From Candidatus Thalassarchaeum sp. (lineage in GTDB: Archaea; Thermoplasmatota; Poseidoniia; Poseidoniales; Thalassarchaeaceae): 64,000 nt of DNA. Made by a program: the position numbers and the translations under genes. Positions 53,701 through 61,598 of the stretch are shown here, one piece after another (position 1 is the first letter of the stretch; every line of letters starts with the position of its first letter). The notes beneath the pieces are model-generated. The model did no database searches. It worked only from the letters and a program-made list of their open reading frames with translations, and had not been told where the DNA came from. The DNA lies in the NCBI GenBank assembly GCA_016777225.1, contig JADHRW010000005.1:11857-75856 (forward strand), in the 5' to 3' direction.

Positions 53701-54522
53701 AGAATATTGATTGCAATTGATTGGTTCATTATTCCAATATTTATTGGAAGATTTATTGGAACTATTCTTTACGAATCTCTACCAGCACCATTCACAGTTA
53801 ATCCCACTGAAGGTAATTTAATTGAATGGATAATACCTTGGACTATTTTAGAGATATTACTCGTTTTATCAATAATTATTGCTTCATATATAGAATTAAA
53901 AAGATTAGAAAAGGGCAGAGAGCCAACTACTAATAATTCCTTAAGAGCATTAGCAATAGTTTTCATATCTACAGGACCTGCTGGAATTTTAGCAATAATA
54001 CTGACCATGTATCATACAATCAAAAATCAACAAACTAATGAGTTTGGGTTAGTAATACCAGCAATAATATTCTCGGTGATTTCTTTCTCTAATTGGATTA
54101 GTTCGTTGAAAGGAGTCGTTGATGAACTAACACTAATACTTGGAGTGGTATTACTGATATTGTGTGTATTAACCGTTCCTTTGAAGAAAGAAATTTGGAC
54201 TATGAGTTTAGCGATAGATGCACACTTAATGCTATATGTAGGACTTGTAGTAACAGGTGCTTTTACAAGTATTTTCCTTCCAATCATTCTGGTATCTTTA
54301 TCCACCAGCATTTGGATTATTGGTATTCTACAACTGAGAAGAATTTTACGAATATGGGGATTATTCGATCTTATTATTGCGATACTAGCGTCCTTGCTAT
54401 TACTGGGTTCGCAAATGCTTGAACCTACTGCATTACTCATCGCACTAATTGTTTTGGCTACTGAATTAGGACTAGTGGCGTGGTTGGGCCTCTCCAATGA
54501 AGATGAAATTGTAAAAGATTGA
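50791..54522 (+). CDS. Large polytopic membrane protein (1243 aa, ~30 TMs, DUF2339-like) with acidic N-terminus
   Basis: Near-continuous hydrophobic segments; one charged cytoplasmic loop; family assignment weak. Confidence 0.75.
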   Translation: MSTDDLDDDIIRQRAFKISDSIKLDDIIIPDEVVEDIIVSDKKETDEALGDIFDPFAQDDENTPGNIAKDGTVDNPSEVDIVTNLAQEGERKVNWILMASMIVVFSGVSIVAGIALDPIFATILLIILALLGFSLGELWIPKNNLHLLGVTWIIISMKVLYGLAVELQRWDIISIEILGLFLLSLVSLNVYLSYRHNSDAIAAQSTLILLAIGSATGYSFGEIGIALMILVATILVHGLAIHRKSGNLAALGIASTNLWVGMHALTNGFSIGSLSILPLEKPLLLFILIMIITAINASMAAKFAKDENWFSKAFKTLGLGEPGLWGVSISLGMIGALMAVGANRQDLGYAIGLIAILASSFGGSYLVVRGVKTRRVVQPLLISGILLTILLIVSESWDVLPFDSYEVFAVIGIFITGFVILRDQNSVTDRVLWTGSVGILILLVIMIPAESSENFCISSCQKGDGGFLLLSALSLIHIGTATLAIRRDSPSLGGITVILPWSWVVIEEMIEESIRTIIVANGGTDPGSIIHIDPIPFFGYLVTSAMLMAVVNIRLGENGVNLASRFLGLTEMSASIRDSGALQLWSIGLWLPIITIIFMSNFGGFTALTLLGIFAIITIIHVVAEITKKRIGKISIMLGIISSGLLILQWQYGLEESLMLIYCLVTLTLLIQNNGSNEEMYSIGMSLMAIPMLITLVARKSNELIDSDIIPSFGIAKISLLCTTLMIFVYLSKAQKMEKLLIPALASLWLLTVNITLAYTEGTYLETLGALALFAGSTIWLVANGEIRREIKSIAKKDSLKKLATIDMNNDDISIGNVTGYNPQLVDLKNKRKKKREMEHTDDIEQIYLTDATHKPIIVILVLGLVIITSAVINFIGGTNNLILLITGIFISILVLVARERTKGLELELPHFLGIEIPIAISIGGIIMVQVSGHLAAGSSNIELFDMAIMILLVMFLCIVSLIDQRNLLDRILIAIDWFIIPIFIGRFIGTILYESLPAPFTVNPTEGNLIEWIIPWTILEILLVLSIIIASYIELKRLEKGREPTTNNSLRALAIVFISTGPAGILAIILTMYHTIKNQQTNEFGLVIPAIIFSVISFSNWISSLKGVVDELTLILGVVLLILCVLTVPLKKEIWTMSLAIDAHLMLYVGLVVTGAFTSIFLPIILVSLSTSIWIIGILQLRRILRIWGLFDLIIAILASLLLLGSQMLEPTALLIALIVLATELGLVAWLGLSNEDEIVKD

Positions 54523-54573
54523 GAAAAATAGTGATTTTCGTAGCACTAAGAGATATTTTAGTGGATTTTTTAC

Positions 54574-55596
54574 ATGACATATTTACTAACGGGATATGCT
54601 AACCTTGATGATGGGCGGGCCCGACAAAGAACTGTGACGAGGTCTTGGATAGCCGATATATCGGAGGAAGTTGAACATCCTCCAATACCTATTGGTCTAA
54701 ATGAAATGACTGTCCCTAGGACTATGATTATACTCTCATTTGTTACAGTTCTAATGATAATTTTGTCATCAGTATGGTTAGGATTAGCCGCTCTTTCTTT
54801 CCAAGGAGAGTTAGAAAATCTATTTCCAGACGATGGAGTTTCAGAAGCGGATCTAAAGAATGATGGTAGATGGGCTTGGGAACTTGATTTATTATTCGAT
54901 ACCTGTGAATCAAGACTGGGAGACTGGGATTGGCCTGAATCATTAGCAGAGCAAGACGATTACTTCCTCTATCCGGGAGAATTGAGATGTGATTGGGAGC
55001 ATCAAGGAAATGGAGATAGAGCGAGTATAGTAGTTTACAATAGAGGAAATTCTACTATTGATTTGATACTAGAAATAGTTGGTGGAGGAGTAGAATTCAC
55101 AAACGAAGGAAGTTATAATTTACTCTTGAATGGTTTAGAAGGAAATAGTACTGAGATTATTGAGATATCATTAACTGAAGATATTACAGAGAAAGACTTC
55201 ACAGTTACTGCAACGCATGTTGAATTCAATCCAGTTTCTATGGTTAACCTTGATGTTCATTTATTCAAGGGTCCTGATGAGAGAGATATTCATATCACAG
55301 ATGGAAACAATGTTCAAGTTCATTACATACTATGGGATGCAGATACAGGAGAACAACTAGATGAAGGAGACTTACCTGTAACCGGAGGAGATGATAACAG
55401 ATATATCAAAGGCTTTGGTTGGGCAGTTATAGGATTAGATATTGGGCAAGATAGAGGATTAGCGCCGGGCGTGGATACAGGTACTACACACACCGTGTTA
55501 TTACCTCCACCTATAGCATACGGGAATAGCGAAGGTCATGAATTAGAAAATACATGGTTACGGTTTGAAGTGAAAATAGATAGAGCTGTCGTATGA
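54574..55596 (+). CDS. Membrane-anchored protein with C-terminal FKBP-type PPIase domain
   Basis: One TM; C-terminal GNNVQVHY...G...D....YIKGF..AVIGL..G...TVLLPP..AYG....L.FEVKI; start may be GTG 54634. Confidence 0.72.
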   Translation: MTYLLTGYANLDDGRARQRTVTRSWIADISEEVEHPPIPIGLNEMTVPRTMIILSFVTVLMIILSSVWLGLAALSFQGELENLFPDDGVSEADLKNDGRWAWELDLLFDTCESRLGDWDWPESLAEQDDYFLYPGELRCDWEHQGNGDRASIVVYNRGNSTIDLILEIVGGGVEFTNEGSYNLLLNGLEGNSTEIIEISLTEDITEKDFTVTATHVEFNPVSMVNLDVHLFKGPDERDIHITDGNNVQVHYILWDADTGEQLDEGDLPVTGGDDNRYIKGFGWAVIGLDIGQDRGLAPGVDTGTTHTVLLPPPIAYGNSEGHELENTWLRFEVKIDRAVV

Positions 55597-55615
55597 TAGA
55601 AAAGGAGAGGATGGA

Positions 55616-56920
55616 ATGTCAGAAGAAAAAAAACATACTGCATTAATACCTTCAGCACAAATTGCAGAGGAAGCAGGTAAACGTAACGAGGCAAAATCTG
55701 CAAGAAGAGGTGAACCGCCTCTACATATGAATGATGATATGAGAAGGTTGTCTACTCCATGGTCTATATCGATGGTAAGAGCGAAGCAAATTAATTCCTC
55801 GGATTTGCCAGCAGGTGTAATTCTTGATGCTGCTGCTGGTTCAGGTTCTCAATTGATAGCATTAGCGACAGAATTGAAAAGACCTGCTTTAGGAATTGAA
55901 CTTGATGGTAATATAGCAGTTTTATGTGCTGCAAATATGCATGTTGCATCTGATAAAGAAGAAATACAAAGAACATTAGATAGGGTAATTATTGGAGATG
56001 GAAGTGATGCAGAAGGAGCGATTACTGCTTACTGGAATAGTCTAAGAAAATCAGGAACTAGAGCACACCCACCTATTGCAATGTTACACTTAGATCCAGC
56101 AAGGCCGAGAGATGCTCAAAATCACCATATTGATGAAATGAAGCCTTCATTAAAATCTGTTCTAAATTCATGGAATGAGTATCTTCAAACAGGCCCTAGT
56201 GGCCCGGCCGTTTTACTAGATTTGTCACCAAGATTAGGGGATGATCAACAGGCAATGGTTGAAGCAGTTGTTGAAACTGTTTTCCCAGGTGCTCCAAAAA
56301 CTTGGGAATGGTTAAGCCAAGGAGGAGGAAGAGTAGATAGATTGTCACTGTGGATAGGGGCGATTTCATCAAAAGAAGATCGGAGGTGTATAAGAATGGG
56401 CAGAAAAAATATTCTAGCCAAGATACAAGGTAAAAAATCAGATTCTAAAATTGATACCTTGAGTAAGCCTCCTCCATTTGGTGCATTTATCTCAATCATT
56501 GATCCTGCCTTGATTCAAAGTGGACTACAAGAAAAATGGCTAAATGAGGCTTTGAAACCAGATAGCGGGCATTCTTGGCTAAGACTTGATGGCAGAAGGC
56601 CATTATTAATCCACACGGACCCGCTAAATGATAATGATGAGATTAAAGGTTTTGTAGTAAGTACAGGAGAAATTGTACAACACAGATTGACACCTCCGGA
56701 ATTACATTCAATAGACCAAGTTGCGAGTGCAGCTTCAAGAAATGATATTGGAAAAATAACTCTTAGATGCTCACTAGATCCAGAACTGCAGCCTACTATA
56801 CAACGTCGTCTAGATAAAGCACTTCGAGACGTAGATGGATCTAAGTCGTTCATGGTAGATATTGATTTAGAACGGGGAACTGGTAGCCATAAACTATACA
56901 TTATCTGTAAAGAAAACTGA
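55616..56920 (+). CDS. Class I SAM-dependent methyltransferase with C-terminal THUMP-like region
   Basis: ILDAAAGSG, GIELD, LHLDPAR, LSP, DPALI. Confidence 0.75.
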   Translation: MSEEKKHTALIPSAQIAEEAGKRNEAKSARRGEPPLHMNDDMRRLSTPWSISMVRAKQINSSDLPAGVILDAAAGSGSQLIALATELKRPALGIELDGNIAVLCAANMHVASDKEEIQRTLDRVIIGDGSDAEGAITAYWNSLRKSGTRAHPPIAMLHLDPARPRDAQNHHIDEMKPSLKSVLNSWNEYLQTGPSGPAVLLDLSPRLGDDQQAMVEAVVETVFPGAPKTWEWLSQGGGRVDRLSLWIGAISSKEDRRCIRMGRKNILAKIQGKKSDSKIDTLSKPPPFGAFISIIDPALIQSGLQEKWLNEALKPDSGHSWLRLDGRRPLLIHTDPLNDNDEIKGFVVSTGEIVQHRLTPPELHSIDQVASAASRNDIGKITLRCSLDPELQPTIQRRLDKALRDVDGSKSFMVDIDLERGTGSHKLYIICKEN

Positions 56921-56960
56921 GATTTCTTTAGAATTAACTACCTAAATAAGAGCGGGTGGG

Positions 56961-57033
56961 TTGAAATAGGGTTGGTAAGTCGCGAGGATGCCGTAAAGGC
57001 CACTGGAAACAGTGAACACGGGAGGACCGTAGA
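56961..57033 (+). promoter_or_regulatory. Putative promoter (TTGAAATA) and structured 5' leader of the uS13 operon
   Basis: TTGAAATA at 56961; three adjacent hairpins 56990-57030; GGAGG SD within the third. Confidence 0.6.
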
Positions 57034-57498
57034 ATGAATAAAGAAAAACAAGAGATTGGAGATGACTTCTCCTATATTATCAGAATGGCTGACAGCGATA
57101 TAGACGGATTGAAACCAATAGCGATTGGACTTGCTTCCGTTAAAGGCATAGGAGTTCGTACTTCTCAGCAATTATGCAGACTAGCAGAAATTGATGGGAC
57201 CAAACTTGGAGGGCATCTTGAGGATGCTGAACAGGATAGGCTTAGAACAACTATTGATGGGTATGCAACTAATGTCCCATGGTGGTTAGTTAATCGACAA
57301 AGAGACTTAGAATCTAATGAAGATGCTCATCTTGTCGCAATGGATGTTAAAATGACTCGTGATGACGATATTTCTCGTTTAGCTGGTATGAAAACATATC
57401 GTGGTTTAAGACATAGAAGTGGACACAAAGTTCGTGGACAGAGACTTAGAAGCAACGGTAGAAGTGGTACTGCACTTGGTGTGCAGAGGAAGAAGTGA
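57034..57498 (+). CDS. rps13: 30S ribosomal protein uS13
   Basis: YIIRMA..DIDG, VKGIG, YRGLRH..G.KVRGQRLRSNGR. Confidence 0.97.
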   Translation: MNKEKQEIGDDFSYIIRMADSDIDGLKPIAIGLASVKGIGVRTSQQLCRLAEIDGTKLGGHLEDAEQDRLRTTIDGYATNVPWWLVNRQRDLESNEDAHLVAMDVKMTRDDDISRLAGMKTYRGLRHRSGHKVRGQRLRSNGRSGTALGVQRKK

Positions 57499-57507
57499 GG
57501 TGAGATT

Positions 57508-58188
57508 ATGGGAGACCCAAAATTTGCACGATCCAAAACACAAACCCCTACCCACCCTTGGAAACAGGCACGAATTGATGAAGAACATGCTCTGAAAGAA
57601 AAGTATGGTCTAAAGAAAGTTGGTGGAATGAAAGAGATTTGGAGAGAAAAATCATCTCTGCGAAGACATAGAAATCAAGCAATGAAGTTAATTGGTAGAG
57701 TAGATACTTCTGAAGGCCATTTTGCTAGAGAAAAGACCGATCTAGTAAATTCATTATGTAGACAAGGATTACTTGTAGACGGTGCAAGTATAGATGACGT
57801 TCTTCAAATAAATGTGGAACATATGCTTTCAAGACGATTACAATCTGTCGTTTACTACAGAGGATTGGCTCCATCTATGAGAGCCGCTAGGAATATGATT
57901 GTTCATGGTCATATTTCTATTGGTGAACAAAAAATGACAGTCCCAGGATATCATATTAGAAAACTAGAGGAAGAAGATTTGAATTATGCTTCTAACTCAG
58001 TTTACAATGACCCTAATCATCCATTCAGAGTTGAAATGGAAAAGCTAAGACTAACAATGGTAAATGATGAGGAGCCTGAAGAAGTTGGTGGACCTAAAGC
58101 AGCTACTGAAGATTTCGTTGATCAAATAAAGAAGGATGCAGAAGATGCTCCGAAAATTGAAGAAACAATTCCTAAGGAGGGTAACTGA
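57508..58188 (+). CDS. rps4: 30S ribosomal protein uS4
   Basis: MGDPK, TP.HPW, RRLQSVV, ARNMIVHGHI, VPGY; acidic C-terminal extension. Confidence 0.96.
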   Translation: MGDPKFARSKTQTPTHPWKQARIDEEHALKEKYGLKKVGGMKEIWREKSSLRRHRNQAMKLIGRVDTSEGHFAREKTDLVNSLCRQGLLVDGASIDDVLQINVEHMLSRRLQSVVYYRGLAPSMRAARNMIVHGHISIGEQKMTVPGYHIRKLEEEDLNYASNSVYNDPNHPFRVEMEKLRLTMVNDEEPEEVGGPKAATEDFVDQIKKDAEDAPKIEETIPKEGN

Positions 58189-58568
58189 TGGGCCATAAAG
58201 CAATATTACATATTTACAGTACAAGTAATAACGTACTAATCACAGCTACAGACTTAACTGGAGCTGAAACAATTTGCAAAGTATCAGGCGGCATGGTGAC
58301 TAAGGGAGGAAGTGATTCTGGAGGACAGTTTGCTTCTACTCGTGCTGCTGAGAGAATCGCAGAAATGCTAGCTGAAAAAGAATTTGACCAAGTAATAGTA
58401 AAGTATCGAGGCGCCGGAGGAAATCGAAATCATAACGCACCAGGTGCAACATCCGCTATACGTGCTCTAACTAGAGCCGGTGTTCAAATAACTAGAATTG
58501 AAGACGTTACTCCAATTCCTACAGACGGGACGAAAGCAAAAGGTGGACGTCGTGGACGAAGAGTGTGA
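58188..58568 (+). CDS. rps11: 30S ribosomal protein uS11
   Basis: HIYST.NN, TDLTGAETI, IEDVTPIPTDG...KGGRRGRRV. Confidence 0.97.
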   Translation: MGHKAILHIYSTSNNVLITATDLTGAETICKVSGGMVTKGGSDSGGQFASTRAAERIAEMLAEKEFDQVIVKYRGAGGNRNHNAPGATSAIRALTRAGVQITRIEDVTPIPTDGTKAKGGRRGRRV

Positions 58569-58578
58569 GGTGTGAAGT

Positions 58579-59463
58579 ATGGTTAAAGTTACAATTATTG
58601 AAGAAACTGATGATAAAATAAAAATTCTATTAGCTGATACTGATAGAGCGTTTGTAAACTCCATCAGGAGGTCTCTAATTTCAGATACACCAAAGATGGC
58701 TATTGAAACAGTTCGTTTTGAAATGGGAACTATTGAACAAGAAGATGTCATTTGGGAAACTACTGGACCTCTTCCTGATGAGATGATTGCACAAAGACTT
58801 GCAATGATCCCTATACCGACTCGTCATGAAGAATTTCATTTCCAAGATGAATGCCCTAATTGTGCTGAACTTGTACAAGAAGATAGAGGATGCCCTATGT
58901 GTACTATGATTTACACATGTAAGGCATTTGGAAGTGAAGAAGGTACAATGGTAACTGCAGGAGATTTAAATTATCTTGGAGATTCAACATTAGAAATCCC
59001 TGAATTATACAAAACTATACCGATTACAAAACTTTTCCGTGGTCAGATGGTTGAATTTTACGCTACAGCAATTATGGGAAGAGGAAGAGAACATGCGAAA
59101 TGGTCACCTGCTTGCGGCGTAACCTTTGAGCCGAAACATATTGCTGTATTAAACAACAAAACGAAAGCAAAAATCCTATGGGATTTGAAACTAGGAATTA
59201 ATGCAAAGGATTTTACTGATGGAAAATTAGAAGATTATTACAAAGTTCAAGAATTAAAGGAACAGCTTCATCATGTAGGAGAAGGGACTGAAGAATCTAG
59301 AACTTTCAAGGATGCAATTACTCTTGAAGAAGTTCCTAGAGAATTTATCTTAAGCTTTGAAACCGATGGTTCAATGACTCCAAGAATAGCATTTGAAATG
59401 GCAGCAAAAGAATTAGCTGTAAGATTCAATACAATAGAAGAAGATTCTAATGCAATTTTCTGA
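58579..59463 (+). CDS. rpo3: DNA-directed RNA polymerase subunit D (Rpo3)
   Basis: NSIRR.LI..TP.MAI, DEMIAQRLAMIPI, GREHAKWSP, FETDGS; canonical position after uS11. Confidence 0.94.
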   Translation: MVKVTIIEETDDKIKILLADTDRAFVNSIRRSLISDTPKMAIETVRFEMGTIEQEDVIWETTGPLPDEMIAQRLAMIPIPTRHEEFHFQDECPNCAELVQEDRGCPMCTMIYTCKAFGSEEGTMVTAGDLNYLGDSTLEIPELYKTIPITKLFRGQMVEFYATAIMGRGREHAKWSPACGVTFEPKHIAVLNNKTKAKILWDLKLGINAKDFTDGKLEDYYKVQELKEQLHHVGEGTEESRTFKDAITLEEVPREFILSFETDGSMTPRIAFEMAAKELAVRFNTIEEDSNAIF

Positions 59464-59508
59464 TTTGGTTGAAGAGTTTTTATTCAACTTCATGTAGGAT
59501 GCGTTAGC

Positions 59509-60483
59509 ATGACTGTTTTGCTTGGACGTGGCGAATGCGGCTCTCATGTGACACTTATTTTTACAATAAATGATAATTCTACTAATTTAGATGAACAAGG
59601 AAGTTTAGGAGTTGGTCTGTGTTTAGACCAAGGTGTTGAAATTATCGCAAGAGGTATTGAAGGAGAGTTTGAAATAAATATCAAATTTATTGAAGGAGAT
59701 GGTGAATCAGAATTATATCAACAAGTATTCAAATTATTATCTAAAGAAATTATCAATATTAAGAATTATAATTGGGATCTAGCAATAAAATTAAAATTAC
59801 CAATTTCGCAAGGTTTTGGGATGTCTGCTTCAGGAGCTATTGCCGCATCTATGGCAATTCAAAGAGCGATTGGTGAACCTCATGAAGAAAGTCTGAGACG
59901 CTCATTCTCAATTGCGCATAGAGTTGAAAGATATTTTTCTACAGGACTAGGAGATGTAACGGCTTTAGCAGCAGGTGGAGTTGAGAGGAGAACTTCTCCG
60001 GGCTCCCCATTTTCAGGAGATTTACTCACTAGAGGTCCAGGGATGTCTGAAGGTTGGACAAAAGAAATAGAAGTATTATTGGCTTGGAAAAAAGACTCTG
60101 GTAAACATACGTCATCATATATCGATGATACAGTTTGGAAAAACTCAATTAGTAAGGCAGGGATTAAGCAGATGGAACAATTAATGCAAAAACAATGGGA
60201 TAAGACTCGTTGGAGTGAGTTATTAGAACGGTCGGAAATATTTGCTGATGAGAGTGGATTACTTTCTGATTCTAAAAGATTTGAATTACTTAATCAAGCA
60301 AAGAATGTCATAGAAGAAACATCTTCAGAATTTAAGCCATTATTATGCATGTTAGGGAAAAGTTTGGTGATTGTACCGAAAAATATTGATAATGAAGAAG
60401 ACTTAGAATTATCAAAATTAATTTATGAATTAAATGAAGTAGGTTTCATAACTAAGAAAACAAGAATTGGGCGCTTATTCTGA
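59509..60483 (+). CDS. Pantoate kinase (GHMP family)
   Basis: SHVTLIF, GSLGVG, LPISQGFGMSASG, AHRVE, TGLGDV, GGVE.R..PG, MLGKS. Confidence 0.85.
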   Translation: MTVLLGRGECGSHVTLIFTINDNSTNLDEQGSLGVGLCLDQGVEIIARGIEGEFEINIKFIEGDGESELYQQVFKLLSKEIINIKNYNWDLAIKLKLPISQGFGMSASGAIAASMAIQRAIGEPHEESLRRSFSIAHRVERYFSTGLGDVTALAAGGVERRTSPGSPFSGDLLTRGPGMSEGWTKEIEVLLAWKKDSGKHTSSYIDDTVWKNSISKAGIKQMEQLMQKQWDKTRWSELLERSEIFADESGLLSDSKRFELLNQAKNVIEETSSEFKPLLCMLGKSLVIVPKNIDNEEDLELSKLIYELNEVGFITKKTRIGRLF

Positions 60484-61557
60484 TTTCTCCCTGATACTCT
60501 CATGGAATGTTGCTAGAGGCTCTAGGTCTAACGGACTAGAGTCAAGTAAGATTGCTCCCTTCAATTTTAAAGTATCACAAAAGCCATGCCTATAGACAAT
60601 AGCTCCTTGCCCGTATTCATTCACATATCTATCTACTTGTTTCTGAGTTTTTTTGCGAGGGAACCTTAAATCAGCCCCAAAAAAGTGTTTAGCATCAATC
60701 CAGGCACAGGGAATTCCATTAATTCTTACATCATCTAATAATAGTAGGTCGGGTGTTATTATTGCTCTTCCTTCAGATTTCTTTTGTTCATCAAGTAAAT
60801 CTTCCTGTCGACGAAATCTAATATTAAGTGAAGAAAAATAATCGCATAATATATCTTCAAATACCTCTGCAGCATTTTGTGTTTCTGATTGATTGACTGA
60901 ACTAACTCGATCAGCAGATTCGGCCAGTTGGAATTGATCTCTGTCTCTCTGATTCATTTTACTTGGAGTTTTAAGAGTTTCTTTAATCTTATTTTTTGAC
61001 CAACCTCGACCAGTTAATATCGCTCGGAACAAATTTACAGGTGGAGCATCAAATCTTGTAGAGAGCGAAAGTACGCTTTCGCCACTATCATACCTTCTTT
61101 TTAACTCATTAGCTCGACTCATCAATCGACCATGTGAATATACACTTTTTTCCTGATTTAGTGCACTACGAAGGGATAATGATTGTTCAAGAGTTATATC
61201 AAGCTTTTCAATTTTTTTGGCTATTTGTTGTACTTTTTCTTCAGGAAGAAAACCGAATTCCCCTGGAGAACAAACTAAAGGACTGGCTTTGGTTTGTACT
61301 GATTTCTTAACTGCATTTAATTTCCATTTAATATTAACCACTCTAGCTGGAGGATCTATGTCTTGAGAGAATCCCATGGGCGCGGGGTCGATAGAAAATC
61401 GCGATAGAGCACGCTGTATTGCTTCATCATCTCCGCCATGATTAATTTCTACAGTATTTTTTTTCGTACTGTTGCGGCGACGACGAGAACGGCTTTTTTG
61501 CCGCTTGCTACCATCATCCTGTTCACTCAATGACCATGCGAAGGGAAAGAACACCAT
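60475..61557 (-). CDS. CDIN1/C15orf41 (TPD-domain) PD-(D/E)xK nuclease-like protein
   Basis: FE..L, TPDLLL, WIDAKHFFG, QVDRYVNEYGQGAIVYRHGF; upstream HTH-like segment LS.RFDAPPVNL.R. Confidence 0.78.
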   Translation of the reverse strand: MVFFPFAWSLSEQDDGSKRQKSRSRRRRNSTKKNTVEINHGGDDEAIQRALSRFSIDPAPMGFSQDIDPPARVVNIKWKLNAVKKSVQTKASPLVCSPGEFGFLPEEKVQQIAKKIEKLDITLEQSLSLRSALNQEKSVYSHGRLMSRANELKRRYDSGESVLSLSTRFDAPPVNLFRAILTGRGWSKNKIKETLKTPSKMNQRDRDQFQLAESADRVSSVNQSETQNAAEVFEDILCDYFSSLNIRFRRQEDLLDEQKKSEGRAIITPDLLLLDDVRINGIPCAWIDAKHFFGADLRFPRKKTQKQVDRYVNEYGQGAIVYRHGFCDTLKLKGAILLDSSPLDLEPLATFHESIREKSE

Positions 61558-61598
61558 GAACCCACCGTGTAAGGTAAGTAGAAGAAAAACGCTTTTCT

